This document shows, in pieces, positions 24,758 to 35,950 of a stretch of DNA of 64,000 nt (the first letter of the stretch is position 1; each line of letters opens with the position of its first letter). The notes beneath the pieces were generated by a model. That model ran no database searches, was not told the DNA's origin, and was given only the letters and a program-made list of their open reading frames with translations. A program made the translations under genes and the position numbers. Source of the stretch: Macrostomum lignano (lineage: Eukaryota). The stretch is taken from NCBI GenBank assembly GCA_002269645.1, contig NIVC01001069.1:186001-250000 (forward strand), read 5' to 3'.

Positions 24758-26716
24758 TTGTATCTATAGTGGTAGCTAATTTTTCCCATAGTTTATTTAT
24801 ATCAATCAATATCTATAGCTACTTAATTTCCTATAACTTCCTTAAACTTTAAATTGATATTAATTCCAATAGCAATGGTTCTTCTATCACTTAATAAAAT
24901 ATAATGAGAAAATAAAGAATTAAAGCAATAGTTTACTTAAAACTCATTTATAATATATTATTTATTTATAGTATATTCATGTGTATTATACTATAAATAA
25001 ATGTGTATTATACCCTCCATTGCATTGCTATTTTCCATGCCATGCCTTACCTTTATATCATAGATATATTAGGCCTAGGCCTAGCCTATAGAATTAAGCA
25101 ACTTCTAGCTAGCTAGGGCCTATTGGCTTAGCCAATAATAAAATTTATTAGCTATTAGCTATTAGCTATTAGTTTACTAGCTAACCTAATTTGAGCTGTC
25201 TACTAGGCCCTAGCATCTAGAATTTTATTGTTTCCCCTTGACTTTACACCTACATGGTTATACAAATTAAATCAAGTAAGGGCCTAATTATCTTGCTAGT
25301 TCGATGCAATAAGTTTTTTATTAGTTGGCTATAAATCATTTTAATATAGGGCCTAATCAAATTTAAATTAGCTATGAAGTTTTTCACTATATGCAATTAA
25401 ATTAGGCTTAGTAATAGTTAGTTGGATACAAATGCATTAAAAAGGCCTATTTAAAACAGTTTTCAAATATTTAATCCCACTTAGCAATGAGCTAGAACTT
25501 AATAAAAATATATTTATCATCTTGGGCACATTTGATATGTTTTGGGGAAGAAATTATAAAAATCAACTGAAAGCCTTTTGGGAGATTATCATTTGTATAT
25601 AAGCAAGCAAACATATATAAACTTTTTATTTTTAGTATATTTCTTGCTCTTAGGCAATTTACTGCTCTAAGGAAATCTTCTTTAGACTATTAAGTAATTT
25701 TCACTTTCAGTAGGTTTTAATTCTTCCAATGTTAGGGTTTCTTCTAAAAAAATAAAATAAATAAACTGGATAACAAACTTGATTAGTAAGCCTATCTTTC
25801 CAAATTGGAAGTTGATTTTAAAAGTTTACAAGCAGGTAGAAATACCAAGTTGTTGCTCTTTTAGTTTTTAGGCTTTTATTTATATTGGCTGTAAAGTCAG
25901 TTTCATACCATTATATAGGCCCTACCATTAGAACAAATTTATTTATAAAATATTTTTTGGAAACACTATAATTCAATGAAAATTAAGGTTAAGCTTTAAA
26001 TGCAGTATTTTAAAAAAAGAATAAGTTTTTAAAAAGAATATACAAGAAAAGAATAGGCCCTATACTAGGTCTATATAATGAATGCTATATTACTAGGCCT
26101 ATAAAAAGAGCACTATGTCACTAGCATATTCAAAAGAAAATAGTTAATAATTTTTAGTATATGGATTAATTGATCAATATTACTAAATTAAACAAGCGAA
26201 CTAGATATACAAATTATTTTCTTGTAAGTATATTTCAAGTATTTTAAGTATATACTTCAGGAAATAACTTTAGGACTTAAAGACTATTTGAGCTTTTAAT
26301 TTCATTGACTAGTAAAAAGTAAATCAATAAAAATAACTAGGTAAGTAGATGTTGTTAGTGGTATTACAAACCTTTTTAAAAGGAACTTTAAGTCATAAGT
26401 TAGAAAGATTTTCAATGCTTTATATTATGAATAAGATGAATATGATTGGGATAATAAGGTTAAATATAGATATAAAAGGTTTTATTTGAACACATGAATA
26501 TACTATAAATAAATAATATATTATAAATGAGTTTTAAGTAAACTTTTGCTTTAATTCTTTATTTTCTCATTATATTTTATTAAGTGATAGAAGAACCATT
26601 GCTATTGGAATTAATATCAATTTAAAGTTTAAGAAAGTTATAGGAAATTAAGTAGCTATAGATATTGATTGATTTAAATAAACTATGGGAAAAATTAGCT
26701 ACCACTATAGATACAA
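24758..26716. repeat. Pair of ~227-bp inverted repeats (24758-24984 and 26490-26716) around ~1.5 kb of AT-rich DNA; probable non-autonomous DNA transposon
   Basis: Reverse-complement match with only a few mismatches seen by eye; no TSD recognised. Confidence 0.8.
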
Positions 26717-27761
26717 ATATAGGCAATTGTGGGTTATAGTAGAACTCTAAGAATTAATATATTGTAGTTACATTATCAATAATATAATCTGGATTAACAT
26801 AAAAATATATATATATCTTTCTAATAATCATAATATACTACCTAAATGATAAAATAGTAGTCAAAGTTCTCAAACATATAAGTGTACCATATTATTGTCC
26901 TGTATATTATAGACCCTATTATTTAACCTTTCGGTAATAATATATTTATAGTATGGCTTAGTTATAAACCAAATATATTTTTTATAAAATGAATTATTTA
27001 TATCAGATAACCTTGTTTGTTCATTATATATGATATGATAGTTCATTATTTAAAATTTAAACCTCCAAGTAATTGTGGTAGAGTAGCTTGCTTAATAAAT
27101 AGGAATAAAATGAATGAGAGAACAAACATTAACTTGTTTTTATTTACTTTAATTCAAACGAGTTAATGTTTGTTCTCTCATTCATTTTATTCCAAGTAAT
27201 TGATATGTTTGCATTGGTTGGCATTGGTAATCCCTAAGTATGTCTATGTTATTTAGTATTCCTCATTTGTATTATATCATGGAGTATCTAAAAGAGCATA
27301 TTGAGCAAATTGCCTAATAAAAAGATTATTCATGCAAAAGTGCTTCATCTCACATGCCAGAAACACATTTTAACATAATTTTAACAACAGTTTATCTTAT
27401 TGAGAGAAATCCCTACCTAAAAATTTTTATCTAAAGGTTTTGAACTTTGAGATTTTTATTTTTCTATTTTGATTGGATTTTTTAAATAAAAATAAGCTTT
27501 TTTGTCAACTGAAATGTTAAATGTAGTAAAATGTTAAGTTATTCATGAGTGCCATGCATGCACCTGTAAAGTAAAACTCAATTGAAGCATTCTGGTAGGG
27601 ATTTGTTAGTCAGACAAGCGCTTAGAGTTTTGTCTGATGTGTTTTAGACATAAGATGAAGCACTTTGTAGTTTGCATCACCATTGTATTTGAATTTTTTT
27701 GGTCAATCTGCACTTCTAGATGCACCATAGTTGCTATTTTAATCTCTGAACTCCCGCAGAC

Positions 27762-28079
27762 ATGGCCCCAGCCTATGAGATCTGTGTCGGCCTGAAAAAG
27801 GGCCACCGCATCACGGCCAACACACCTCGCCCCAAGCCAGCCAATCGTCGGGGCAAAAGTACTAAAAATAACAAATTTGTCCGCTCCGTTATTCGCGAAA
27901 TTGTCGGCTACGCGCCGTACGAGAGGCGAATTGTTGAACTGTTGAAAATCTCCAAGGACAAGCGGGCGCTGAAGTTTGCTAAGCGTCGGCTTGGATCGCA
28001 TCTGCGCGCAAAACGCAAGCGCGAAGAGATGGTGCGAGTTGTGCAGGCGCAGCATCGCAAGAAGGAGCAGAAGGAGTAA
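27762..28079 (+). CDS. RPL36: 60S ribosomal protein L36 (eL36), 105 aa
   Basis: [18 protein letters not shown]...[52 protein letters not shown]; acceptor cccgcag| at 27759, 2 nt before ATG. Confidence 0.98.
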   Translation: MAPAYEICVGLKKGHRITANTPRPKPANRRGKSTKNNKFVRSVIREIVGYAPYERRIVELLKISKDKRALKFAKRRLGSHLRAKRKREEMVRVVQAQHRKKEQKE

Positions 28080-28244
28080 CTTGACCCGATGACCCTTGCC
28101 ATCTGTGGCTCTTTAATGTCGAGTTATGTTGTGTCCTAATTCAATTAAACAGAACACTCGACAAATGCTTGGATTGAAAAAAATCATTTTGTGTAAACAA
28201 TTAAGCGACTGTCTTTTGTTGTTCATATTGCCTTTCTTATTTAT

Positions 28245-28500
28245 AATCTAGAACATCAGTGTGAGTACAGGTGCCAGAATCTAGAACATCAGTGTCAGTA
28301 CAGGTGCCAGAATCTAGAACATCAGTGTGAGCACAGGTGCCAGAATCTAGAACATCATTGTGAGTACAGGTGCCAGAATCTAAAACACCAGTGTCAGTAC
28401 AGGTGCCAGAATCTAGAACACCAGTGTTTGTACAGGTGCCAGAATCTAGAACACCAGTGTTTGTACAGGTGCCAGAATTTATCTAGAAGATCAGTGTCAG
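28245..28500. repeat. 33-bp minisatellite (TCTAGAACATCAGTGTGAGTACAGGTGCCAGAA)n
   Basis: About 7 tandem copies downstream of rpL36. Confidence 0.9.
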
Positions 28501-28976
28501 TACAAGCGTCGAGTCTAATGCAATGTAAACATGTACGTAATGCACACGGTCTGCTGGTAAATCAAGTTCTCCAGATTGTTTATATAACGCCAAAATCCAA
28601 TAGAGTGAGGTACTTTTAATGCGTGTACGAGCGTACATGCAAAGTTATTCAAATAAAAACTCTGAGCTCCTCAACAACTGCTGATATGCATTTAGGCACA
28701 CGATTTAGGCACACGTGCTCGAAAACTGTACCCAATCAATGTGCCGCAGTGTAACTAGAGAAGTCGGTAATATTGTTGAATAATTCAAAGACATTTTCCG
28801 TTCGAGGCACGCATGCATTTACTTGAAACAAACGTGTCTTATTCCCACCCGGAGGCTAGCGTATAAAATAACCCTCAAAAACACTCATGCAGGTGTTTCA
28901 GCCCTACTCCTCGAGTGGTTCTCTTCTCTACTAGCGACTCGTGACCAGCCCTACTCGTTACCAGTCAAGTTTAACA

Positions 28977-29564
28977 ATGCAGCAATTCTGTTTACCCAGA
29001 CTGACCGTCCCGACGTTCACCCCGATGACGCCAGACGGGGAGTTGGACCTGGACAAGATCCCAGCCTACGCCCGCCTGCTCAGCCAGTCCGGGGTGCGGA
29101 GCGTCTTCATCTGCGGCAGCACCGGCGAGTTCCCCAGTCTCAGTCTGGACGAGCGCAGGCGTGTTCTCGAAGCCTGGTGTCAGGCCCGCGCTGACGGCCT
29201 AATCGACACGGTGACCGCTCACGTGGGCACCTGCTGTCTCAAGGACACCATCCTACTGGCCAGGCACGCCGTGCAAAAGTGCAACGCGGACGCTGTAGCA
29301 TCCGTGGCTCCCTGGTACTTTCCTATTGACCAGATCGACGCTACAGTGGAACTGCTGGCCAAGGTGGCTGCTGAGTGCGACGGCAAGCCCTTCTATTATT
29401 ACCACATCCCGATGTTCACCAACAGCAAGCTAGACGTGGCCCAGCTGATGCGCCGGGCCGCTGCACTTGTGCCGAACCTGGTCGGGCTGAAGTTCACGGA
29501 CTCTTCGCTTAGTCAACTGGCCGCCTGCTCGGAGGTTGTTGCACCCGACGGGCGACAGATGCAG
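28977..29564 (+). CDS. NPL: N-acetylneuraminate lyase (DHDPS/NAL family), exon 1
   Basis: TFTPM, GSTGE, FYYYHIP and LKFTD catalytic motifs; donor CAG|GTGCAG; possible TATA (TATAAAA) near 28863. Confidence 0.88.
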
Positions 29565-29624
29565 GTGCAGGCGCGAGTTTAAGTTGCCTTTATGGTTGAT
29601 TTATTATACTCTACTCAGACCTTC

Positions 29625-29762
29625 CCACACTACCCAACCTACTCAACCTACCAATCCATCCAATCTACTCAACCTACCAATCCATCCAATCTAAACCTAC
29701 CAATCCATCCAATCTACTCAACCTACCAATCCATCCAATCTACTCAACCTACCAATCCATCC
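29625..29762. repeat. 26-bp minisatellite (CAATCCATCCAATCTACTCAACCTAC)n in the NPL intron
   Basis: Tandem unit read directly. Confidence 0.85.
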
Positions 29763-29788
29763 AGTTTACTTAATCTACACCACAACAG

Positions 29789-30160
29789 GCCATAATCGGT
29801 CTGGACGACCTGACTTTGCCAGCCAGATCGGTGGGTGTCCTGGACGGCATCGGCGCCAGCTACAATCTGATTCCGGACATTGTCAATTCTCTAGCCGACA
29901 GCTTTGACTCGGGCAATCTGAGCACAGCTCGCAGCGAGTCCAGCCGCATCCGGTCCCTATTCGAGGCGATCTCATCGGCAGTGGAAGGCTACGGTATGGT
30001 GTCGCTGTTGAAAGCCACCATGTCCTTGATGCGAATGGACCTAGGACCGCCGCGTCTGCCGTTGAAGCCGCTGAATTCGTCCGCTAGAATCATTCTAGAA
30101 CAGCGACTGAAGTTCGACGGATTCTTAGCCAGGGATGAAGTGCAAGAGAAGCTGGCTTGA
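29789..30160 (+). CDS. NPL: N-acetylneuraminate lyase, exon 2 (total ~319 aa)
   Basis: Acceptor caacag| at 29788; AIIGLDD...GIGASYN...LKATM...DLGPPRLPL. Confidence 0.88.
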   Translation, partial: AIIGLDDLTLPARSVGVLDGIGASYNLIPDIVNSLADSFDSGNLSTARSESSRIRSLFEAISSAVEGYGMVSLLKATMSLMRMDLGPPRLPLKPLNSSARIILEQRLKFDGFLARDEVQEKLA

Positions 30161-30389
30161 AGACCAACTGAATTTAGAATGACTTTTTGAAGAAAATCGA
30201 CTGCCGAGTGTGATATTCAATCAAGTTTAATCCAAAGACCACTTCAAATCAAAATAAAACTTATTATTTTGAAATTACAATATTTTTAGCTTCTGGACTT
30301 AAGGTCATTTGAAGCCAATAAATACACTTCATGAATGGGTTTTCACTGCTTTGTGCAACTTCCAGTGCCAAGTAGCTAGGAATTTTAGG

Positions 30390-30790
30390 GGTATTCCTGC
30401 TACTGGGGTATTCCTGCTACTGGGGTATTCTAGCTACTGGGGAATTCTTGCTACTAGGGTATTCTTGCTAGTGGGGTATTCTTGCTACTGGGGTATTCTA
30501 GCTACTGGGGAATTCTTGCTACTAGGGTATTCCTGCTACTTGGGTATTCTAGCTACTGGAGAATTCTTACTACTGGGGTATTCCTGCTACTGGGGTATTC
30601 CTGCTACTGGGGTATTCTTACTACTGGGGTATTCCTGCTACTGGGGTATTCCTGCTACTAGGGTATTCCTGCTAGTGGGTATTCCTGCTACTGGAGTATT
30701 CTTACTACTGGGGTATTCCTGCTACTGGGGTATTCCTGCTACTGGGGTATTCTAGCTACTGGGGTATTCCTGCTACTGGGGTATTCCTAT
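30390..30790. repeat. 17-bp minisatellite (GGGTATTCCTGCTACTG)n between the convergent NPL and NuMA 3' ends
   Basis: Tandem unit read directly. Confidence 0.93.
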
Positions 30791-31521
30791 ACGGTATCCG
30801 AGAATTCCTGCTGTCGTCAAGTTTTAAGGGCCGCTGTTAGTGTAAAAAATTCAATGAAAACCCGTCAGTAATGACGACAATTTCAGTTTCAACAAAATGC
30901 ATTACAACTAAAGCAGCACAGACAGAGGTTTAATGTATTTGTGCGCTTGCAAGCAAACTTGACGTTTTGCTATTAATAGCAACAGCAACAATAAGGAAAT
31001 ATGATTTATGTAAAACAGCTTTTATTTGGTATTTGAGTGGACTATAAAATGTAAAATTAAAAAGTAACGGTTTATTTAAAGGATTATTTAGGGTATGAAT
31101 ATTTTTAGCACTAAATAATTAATTCATAAATGCGAGTATTTAAAACGGACTTGCTGTAGAAAAGACGGATGCTTAACAAAATGCCCACAACAGTAGGTTT
31201 CTTTTATAATAAATAAAGCCAAGAAAGAAGCAACAGTGACAACGAAAATGCATGCTAAATTATAATAAACTACTATGAGTAATAAAAAGCAGTAGAAATA
31301 AACAAGGAAAACAGTTTGAACTGGGGAAATAGTACATACAGCACCAGTATGTTTTGTAAGCCAAAATGCAAACTTTTCAACTCGGAAAAGATGTTTAGAA
31401 CAATAAGAAACAACAAAGGTTTTTTTATTCAAATCAATCAGAACTAAAATAGCCAACTACTACTGGTAGGCGACGCGGTATAAAACAGTTCAGTTGCTAT
31501 GGCAACGCACAGATTAATAAG

Positions 31522-32090
31522 TCAGTCGCCCATTACCAGTTTGCGTACAGTCTTAGCGCTGCTGCTGCTGCTGCTGCCGCTGCCACCGCCTGCGGGTCGG
31601 CGAGGTCCCGGCCTGCCCGGGTTCATCTCGATGCTATAGACCAGGGTTTTCTTAGCTGGCACAACCGGTTCAGCCGAGCTAGACGAAGCTGATAGAGAGC
31701 TGTTATTGTGCTGCTGCTGCCCAATGGCATGGCTGGAGCGATTCTCGCGTTCTGAGCCGCCGCTAGGCCAGCGCTGATGCTGCTGCGGCTGCTGTTGCTG
31801 CAACGTCGACATGGAAGCCGACGTATTTTTCGGCCTAGTAGAAGCGGCGGCAGATGTCGTCAACGCCAGTCTTGGCGCGGCAGATTTCGGCGATTTGAAC
31901 AGGCGCTGACGCTGAGGTGGCGGCGGCGGCTGCTGCTGCTGCTGCTGTTGCTGTTGAATTCCGCCAGCAGACAGGCGGTTACGATCGCTCAGCACAGCGG
32001 CGGATGTCGACGACCATGTCGACGCTAATGTCGATGTCAGGGCTGACGTGGCGATGGTTGAAGTGGACCGACTTGCCACGGCGGACGAAG
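31522..32090 (-). CDS. NUMA1: NuMA orthologue exon 9 (last; Ser/Gln-rich tail)
   Basis: Acceptor aatcccag| at 32091 restores frame with the phase-1 donor of exon 8; stop at 31524-31522. Confidence 0.65.
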
Positions 32091-32409
32091 CTGGGATTCA
32101 GTTTGAGGGGCAGCAAAATCAGTCTGCGAACATTGCACTGACACAAATTAACTGTCGAACGTACCTAAAGCTAAAATACCACTTATGCCGCCGTTTTCTG
32201 ATACGACTTTTCACCGCGTTGCTTCCCTGCTCTCTCTTCTCTCTCTCCCCTCTATCTTCTTCCCTTCCCCTCTCCCCTTCTCCCCTTCCACCCCCTCTCT
32301 TCCCTCCCCTCCCTTTCCTCTCCCCTCTCTTCCACCCAGGTATCACTTTTTTATCACTGAGGCTACAATGCCACTCACCAGTGGACTCAACAATAGACCT
32401 GGGCGTAAC

Positions 32410-33475
32410 AATAGAACAATAGAATGAACCAACACAGGTCAAATATTAACAGGAGGGTCGTGACTTCGGGGTCAGAGCACTTTCTCACCCCCAATCACTC
32501 GATTGCAAACTTTGTCTCCATTGCTATCGAACAAGTTCTTAATAACAACAAAATCGAACTTAGGGAAGAGATCTGGAATAAAAAACTGGGGACTGACAAA
32601 CCGCCGGGTACGAACATCAGGGTCGACAATCATCTCCGACCCATCCCATTGGTCCTTCCTTTTCACCCATCTACGGTCTGGCTCGCCAACGAGATAGCTA
32701 AAAACTTTGATAAGCTACAAAATAAACCAGGCTCCCGCATACTGCCCGCTTTTACACGGCAACGTAACTTACAGAGCCTCCTGGCTCCCAATAAGTCAAG
32801 TCTCAGCCAGGAAACCAGTAACTTACAGAGCCTCCTGGCTCCCAATAAGTCAAGTCTCAGCCAGGAAACCAGTAACTTACAGAGCCTCCTGGCTCCCAAT
32901 AAGTCAAGTCTCAGCCAGGAAACCAGTAACTTACAGAGCCTCCTGGCTCCCAATAAGTCAAGTCTCAGCCAGGAAACCAGTAACTTACAGAGCCTCCTGG
33001 CTCCCAATAAGTCAAGTCTCAGCCAGGAAACCATTGAATCATTTTAACCAATGCGCTCATTTTACCCTATTGAAGTACAATATTTATTCACGTTTATTTT
33101 TTTCAATGATTGTACTCACAAATATCGATTTTTATGCTCCTACCCTACCCCCAATACCGAAATTTCATCTAATCGTATAATATCGTATATCGTACGAGTA
33201 TAGTACTTCGAAATAACAAATTTTATATAATAAATATACTGTGTCGATTAAAATTAATGGTGGAAAGCCACTGGGACAAGTTAAAGCTAGGCAAAACAGG
33301 GTTTTAAATGTACATCCCTCACATGTACAACTACTCATCAATTTTATCAGACTAAGAAAAATAATACTTAAAAGACCAACTTGAATTGCATGACACACAG
33401 ATTTTTTGGCCTGACGAAGAGCCCAGAGGCTCGAAACCGGTAGCCAATATTAAATTAATTATTTTTTTAAACACG
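32410..33475 (+). mobile_element. Penelope-like retroelement 3' fragment (GIY-YIG C-terminal half, linker-type motif, 5x54-bp in-frame repeat, 3' region with hammerhead)
   Basis: RMNQHRSNI...EHF...HS...AIEQ...REEIWNKKLGTDKPPGTN then IPLVLPFHP...PAFTRQRNLQSLL; hammerhead at 33406-33447. Confidence 0.82.
33406..33447 (+). ncRNA. Minimal type I hammerhead ribozyme (PLE-associated)
   Basis: Stem I TTGGC/GCCAA; core CTGACGA 33411-33417; stem II GAGCC-CAGA-GGCTC; GAAAC; palindromic stem III ACCGGT; predicted cleavage after GUA at 33442. Confidence 0.82.
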
Positions 33476-33477
33476 CC

Positions 33478-34090
33478 GTGACCTCTCTTCTCTCTCTCTC
33501 TCTACCTCTCTCTCTCCCCTCCATCTTCTTTCCTTCCCCCCCTCTCTTTCCCCTCTATCTTCTTTCCTCCCCCCCTTTCTCTCCCCTCTATCTTCTTTCC
33601 CTCTATCTTCTTTCCTCCCCCCCTCTCTCTCCCCTCTATCTTCTTCCCTTCCCCTCTCCCCTTCTCCCCCTTCCACCCCCCTCTCTTCCTTTCCCCTTCT
33701 CTTCCCCCTCTTTTTACTTCTCCTCTCTTCGCTTCTTCCATCCCCCTCTCTTCCCCCTCCCTTTCCTCTCCCATCTCATCCCCCCTCCCTTTCCTCTCCC
33801 ATCTCATCCCCCCTCCCTTTCCTCTCCCATCTCATCCCCCCTCCCTTTCCTCTCCCATCTCATCCCCCTCCCTTTCCTCTCCCATCTCACCCCCCTCCCT
33901 TTCCTCTCCCATCTCATCCCCCCTCCCTTTCCTCTCCCATCTCATCCCCCCTCCCTTTCCTCTCCCATCTCATCCCCCCTCCCTTTCCTCTCCCATCTCA
34001 TCCCCCCTCCCTTTCCTCTCCCATCTCATCCCCCTCCCTTTCCTCTCCCATCTCATCCCCCCTCCCTTTCCTCTCCCCTCTCTTCCACCC
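33478..34090. repeat. CT-rich low-complexity DNA and 27-bp minisatellite (CCCCCTCCCTTTCCTCTCCCATCTCAT)n
   Basis: Read directly. Confidence 0.9.
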
Positions 34091-34131
34091 AGGGATCACT
34101 TTTTTATCACTGAGGCTACAATACCACTCAC

Positions 34132-34732
34132 CAGTGGTCTCAACAATAGACCTGGGCGTAACGCTAGCAGTCTGAGTCTCAACCGGATACGAGCTGCGCA
34201 GCTGAGCCGGCTGCCGCTGATTCCTCTGCTGCAGTTCCGCGATACGCTTCCACTCAAGCAGGTGCGCGTCCTCGTCTTCGCAGGACAGCTGGCCGCCTTT
34301 ACCGCCGCCGCCGCCACCGCCTGCGCCACCAGCAGCGGCTGAGCAGCCGTTATTACTAGCGTTATTACTAGTGCTCAGAGCGAACGGTCTGCGATCAAAC
34401 ACTGGTGAAGCGGCCATGTTCACGTCGGAGTTGGCCCGCACCAGCTGGTGCACCCGGTTCGACTGCAGCGGCGGCGTTGTCGGCAACTGGCGCTGCTCGT
34501 CGGCAGGCTCCGGCGATTCAACAACTCCACCGTTGCGACGCTGCTGTGCCGAGCGGATGTTGGCGGCCTCCTCCAGTTCCTGGCATCTCACCAGCAGGCG
34601 CTCCTTCATCTCAGCTTCTTCGTTGCGCTCTTCGATGGCTTTTTTCAACGCCGCCTTTCTACGCTGACAGGCCTCAACTAGGCTGGCCTGCTCAAGCTCC
34701 ACCTGGTGGAGATTGGACCGCAGCTTGTGCGC
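34132..34732 (-). CDS. NUMA1: NuMA orthologue exon 8 (end of coiled coil and conserved tail motif)
   Basis: CEDEDAHLLEWKRIAELQQRNQRQPAQLRSSYPVE matches the human NuMA segment CQDEPEQLDDWNRIAELQQRNRVCPPHLKTCYPLE; acceptor ccccaaag| 34733, donor GTGAGT 34131. Confidence 0.9.
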
Positions 34733-34834
34733 CTTTGGGGTGGGATGGGGTGCAAAGCAACCATGGCATAGAGAATCGTGATATGTACCAATAATCCATG
34801 GGACAATTCACTAAATCTTCTCTCACACAGGTAC

Positions 34835-35455
34835 ATAATTCCTGACACAAAACAAGAATTCCTGACACAAACCAAGAATTCCTGACACATACCAATAATC
34901 GCTGACACAAACCAATAATCCCTGACACATACCAAGAATTCCTGACACAAACCAAGAATTCCTGACAAACCAAGAATCCCTGACACATACCAAGAATCCC
35001 AGACATATACCAAGAATCCCTGACACAAAACAAGAATCCCTGACACATACCAAGAATCCCTGACACATACCAAGAATCCCTGACACATACCAAGAATCCC
35101 AGACATATACCAAGAATCCCTGACACAAAACAAGAATCCCTGACACATACCAAGAATCCCTGACACATACCAAGAATCCCTGACATATACCAAGAATCCC
35201 TGACACAAAACAAGAATCCCTGACACATACCAAGAATCCCTGACACATACCAAGAATCCCTGACACATACCAAGAATCCCTGAAACACAGAATCCCTGAC
35301 ACGAACCAAGAATCCCTGACACATGTCTAAAATCCCTGACACAAAACATAGAATCCCTGACACATGTCTAAAATCCCTGACACAAAACATAGAATCCCTG
35401 ACACATGTCTAAAATCCCTGACACAAAACATAGAATTCCTGACACAAAACTAGAA
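34835..35455. repeat. 20-bp minisatellite (CCAAGAATCCCTGACACATA)n, NuMA intron 7
   Basis: Tandem unit read directly. Confidence 0.93.
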
Positions 35456-35467
35456 ACCCCGACAAAC

Positions 35468-35950
35468 CTCCGCCTTGGATGCCTTCAACTCCTCCTCCGC
35501 AGCCTCCAGCTCTTTAGTCAGCCTATCCGTCACGGCTTTAACCTCGCGTTGAACCTCTTCGCGGGCAGCTGCCGAGGCGCGCAGCTCGGCGCCGCTGCGC
35601 TGCCGATTGCTTCGATACTGCAGCTCCTGCAGCTGGTCCTGCAGCTCGGCCAGCTCCAGCTCCGACTTCGTTCGCAACTCGCGCAGCTTGTTGGCCGCTT
35701 CGGACTCCGCCTGCAGCCGATCGCTAGTGGTCGCGAGTTCGCGCCGGAGCCTGGCCGATTCGCGCTGCAACTCGTCCTGCTGGCTGGCCGCCAAGGCCAA
35801 CCGATTGGACAGGCGATCGATCTCGGCATCTCGGCTGAGCAGCTCGTCTTCGCAATCGGCCAGGCGGCGCTGAAGGCCCTCGACTTTCCGCTGGGCTCGG
35901 TCGCGTTCCATGGCGATCGATTCCGACGCCTGCTCGGCCGCTTGGCGGGC
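35468..35950 (-). CDS. NUMA1: NuMA orthologue exon 7 (coiled coil)
   Basis: Acceptor gaacag| 35951, donor GTTTGT 35467, phase 0/0, heptad-rich. Confidence 0.85.

Noticed and set aside
27600-27730. H/ACA snoRNA-like hairpin (TCAGACAA/TTGTCTGA) near the rpL36 acceptor
   Set aside because: Second hairpin and terminal ACA box are not convincing
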